From contig JBAZJK010000001.1 of the NCBI GenBank assembly GCA_041651355.1, positions 101,883 to 165,882 on the forward strand: a stretch of DNA of 64,000 nucleotides, written 5' to 3'. Made by a program: the position numbers and the translations under genes. Shown one piece after another: positions 63,537 through 64,000 of this stretch (the stretch's first letter is position 1; every line of letters starts with the position of its first letter). This DNA is from Patescibacteria group bacterium. GTDB lineage: Bacteria; Patescibacteriota; Patescibacteriia; Patescibacteriales; UBA12465. Below the pieces are notes generated by a model, which was not told the origin of the DNA, did no database searches, and worked only from the letters and a program-made list of their open reading frames with translations.

Positions 63537-63609
63537 TGGTGGACCCGCGGGGATTTGAACCCCGGAAACCGAAATGCTAAAGTTCAGTTCACTACCGATA
63601 GTCGGGCCC
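63537..63609 (-). tRNA. non-canonical tRNA-like gene (Ala-type acceptor, encoded CCA, aberrant D and anticodon arms)
   Basis: Hand fold gives acceptor GGGCCCG/CGGGTCC with G3:U70, T arm CGGGG-TTCAAAT-CCCCG and A73 plus CCA. The D arm is only ACTA-TCGG-TAGT. The anticodon arm is a 7-bp stem AACTGAA/TTCGGTT with a 9-nt loop CTTTAGCAT. Confidence 0.5.
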
Positions 63610-63680
63610 ACGAAAAAATATCATAGCATAGAGCCCTTCAGGGAAAATCAAAGGAAAAATAAATTTTTGTTAAATCATAT

Positions 63681-63968
63681 ATGTCTCTTAAACTTGCCGA
63701 AGTAAAACATATTGCCGACTTATCTCGTTTGGAGCTGAGCCCAGCCGAACTTAAGACCTATGGAGCTCAACTATCATCCGTTTTAGATTATATTGATAAG
63801 TTAAAAGAGGTAAAAACTATGCCTCATGATTTTTTAAGCCCAGATTCCGACCTGAATAATATCTGGCGTTTGGACGAGGTGAGGGCTTGGGATAAAAATG
63901 AAGTCGAAGCCGCCTTAAAGCAAGGCGATTTAGAGGGGCGTCTGATTAGGGTGAAGAAAGTTTTATAG
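63681..63968 (+). CDS. gatC: Asp/Glu-tRNA amidotransferase subunit C
   Basis: 95 aa. VKHIADLSRLELSPAELKTYGAQLSSVLDYIDKLKEV is a typical GatC sequence. Confidence 0.85.
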   Translation: MSLKLAEVKHIADLSRLELSPAELKTYGAQLSSVLDYIDKLKEVKTMPHDFLSPDSDLNNIWRLDEVRAWDKNEVEAALKQGDLEGRLIRVKKVL

Positions 63969-63998
63969 ACAAAAAATCTCCCGAGCGGGAGATCTTTG
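63969..63998. terminator. bidirectional hairpin terminator, repeat copy 2
   Basis: The same 30-mer as at 63425-63454. Confidence 0.6.
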
Positions 63999-64000
63999 TA

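Overview
This is a 64 kb chromosomal window that uses the standard genetic code, since TGA, TAA and TAG all terminate recognisable genes. Several traits suggest a small-genome CPR/Patescibacteria-like bacterium, though this is inference only: tiny intergenic gaps, Gram-positive-type type IV pilus genes with no secretin, a FemAB-type transferase, a ThrRS lacking the TGS domain, and many giant secreted repeat proteins.

Core genes are radA, recG, thrS (behind a T-box leader), comF, a TolB-like propeller, ybeY, ligA and gatC. RNA genes are tRNA-Arg(GCG), tRNA-Ser(GCT), tRNA-Ser(TGA) and one non-canonical tRNA-like gene.

The accessory block at about 5.99-21.5 kb begins at tRNA-Ser(GCT) and has two parts:
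- An integrated filamentous-phage (inovirus)-like element. It carries a Zot/pI ATPase, a pVIII-like major coat protein, several unannotated micro-ORFs, a pIII-like LamG adsorption protein, an HUH rolling-circle Rep, hairpin-rich intergenic regions and a large serine recombinase.
- Visibly AT-richer defence cargo. It carries a LexA-like repressor, an m5C MTase-REase-N6/N4 MTase restriction-modification (RM) operon, a Shedu-like DUF4263 nuclease, a small PD-(D/E)xK protein and an HExxH protein. Two degenerate tRNA-Ser 3'-end-like repeats close it on the right.

The 21.6-26.2 kb stretch is a HlyD/MacAB-type efflux operon, and 26.5-33.7 kb holds mostly hypothetical membrane or secreted proteins.

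The 38-61 kb stretch is a type IV pilus locus. It contains pilMNO, pilB, pilC, three tandem pilin paralogues, four minor pilins, an FN3 giant protein and three giant fibre/Ig-repeat proteins. One fibre protein carries dockerin-like repeats plus an S74 intramolecular-chaperone domain. These are interleaved with two membrane-anchored cupredoxin-fold proteins.

The best candidates for something new are the serine-recombinase inovirus, the minor-pilin/fibre/cupredoxin module, and the tRNA-like switch-like element next to gatC. All functional calls come from motif recognition by eye; no HMM or BLAST search was run.
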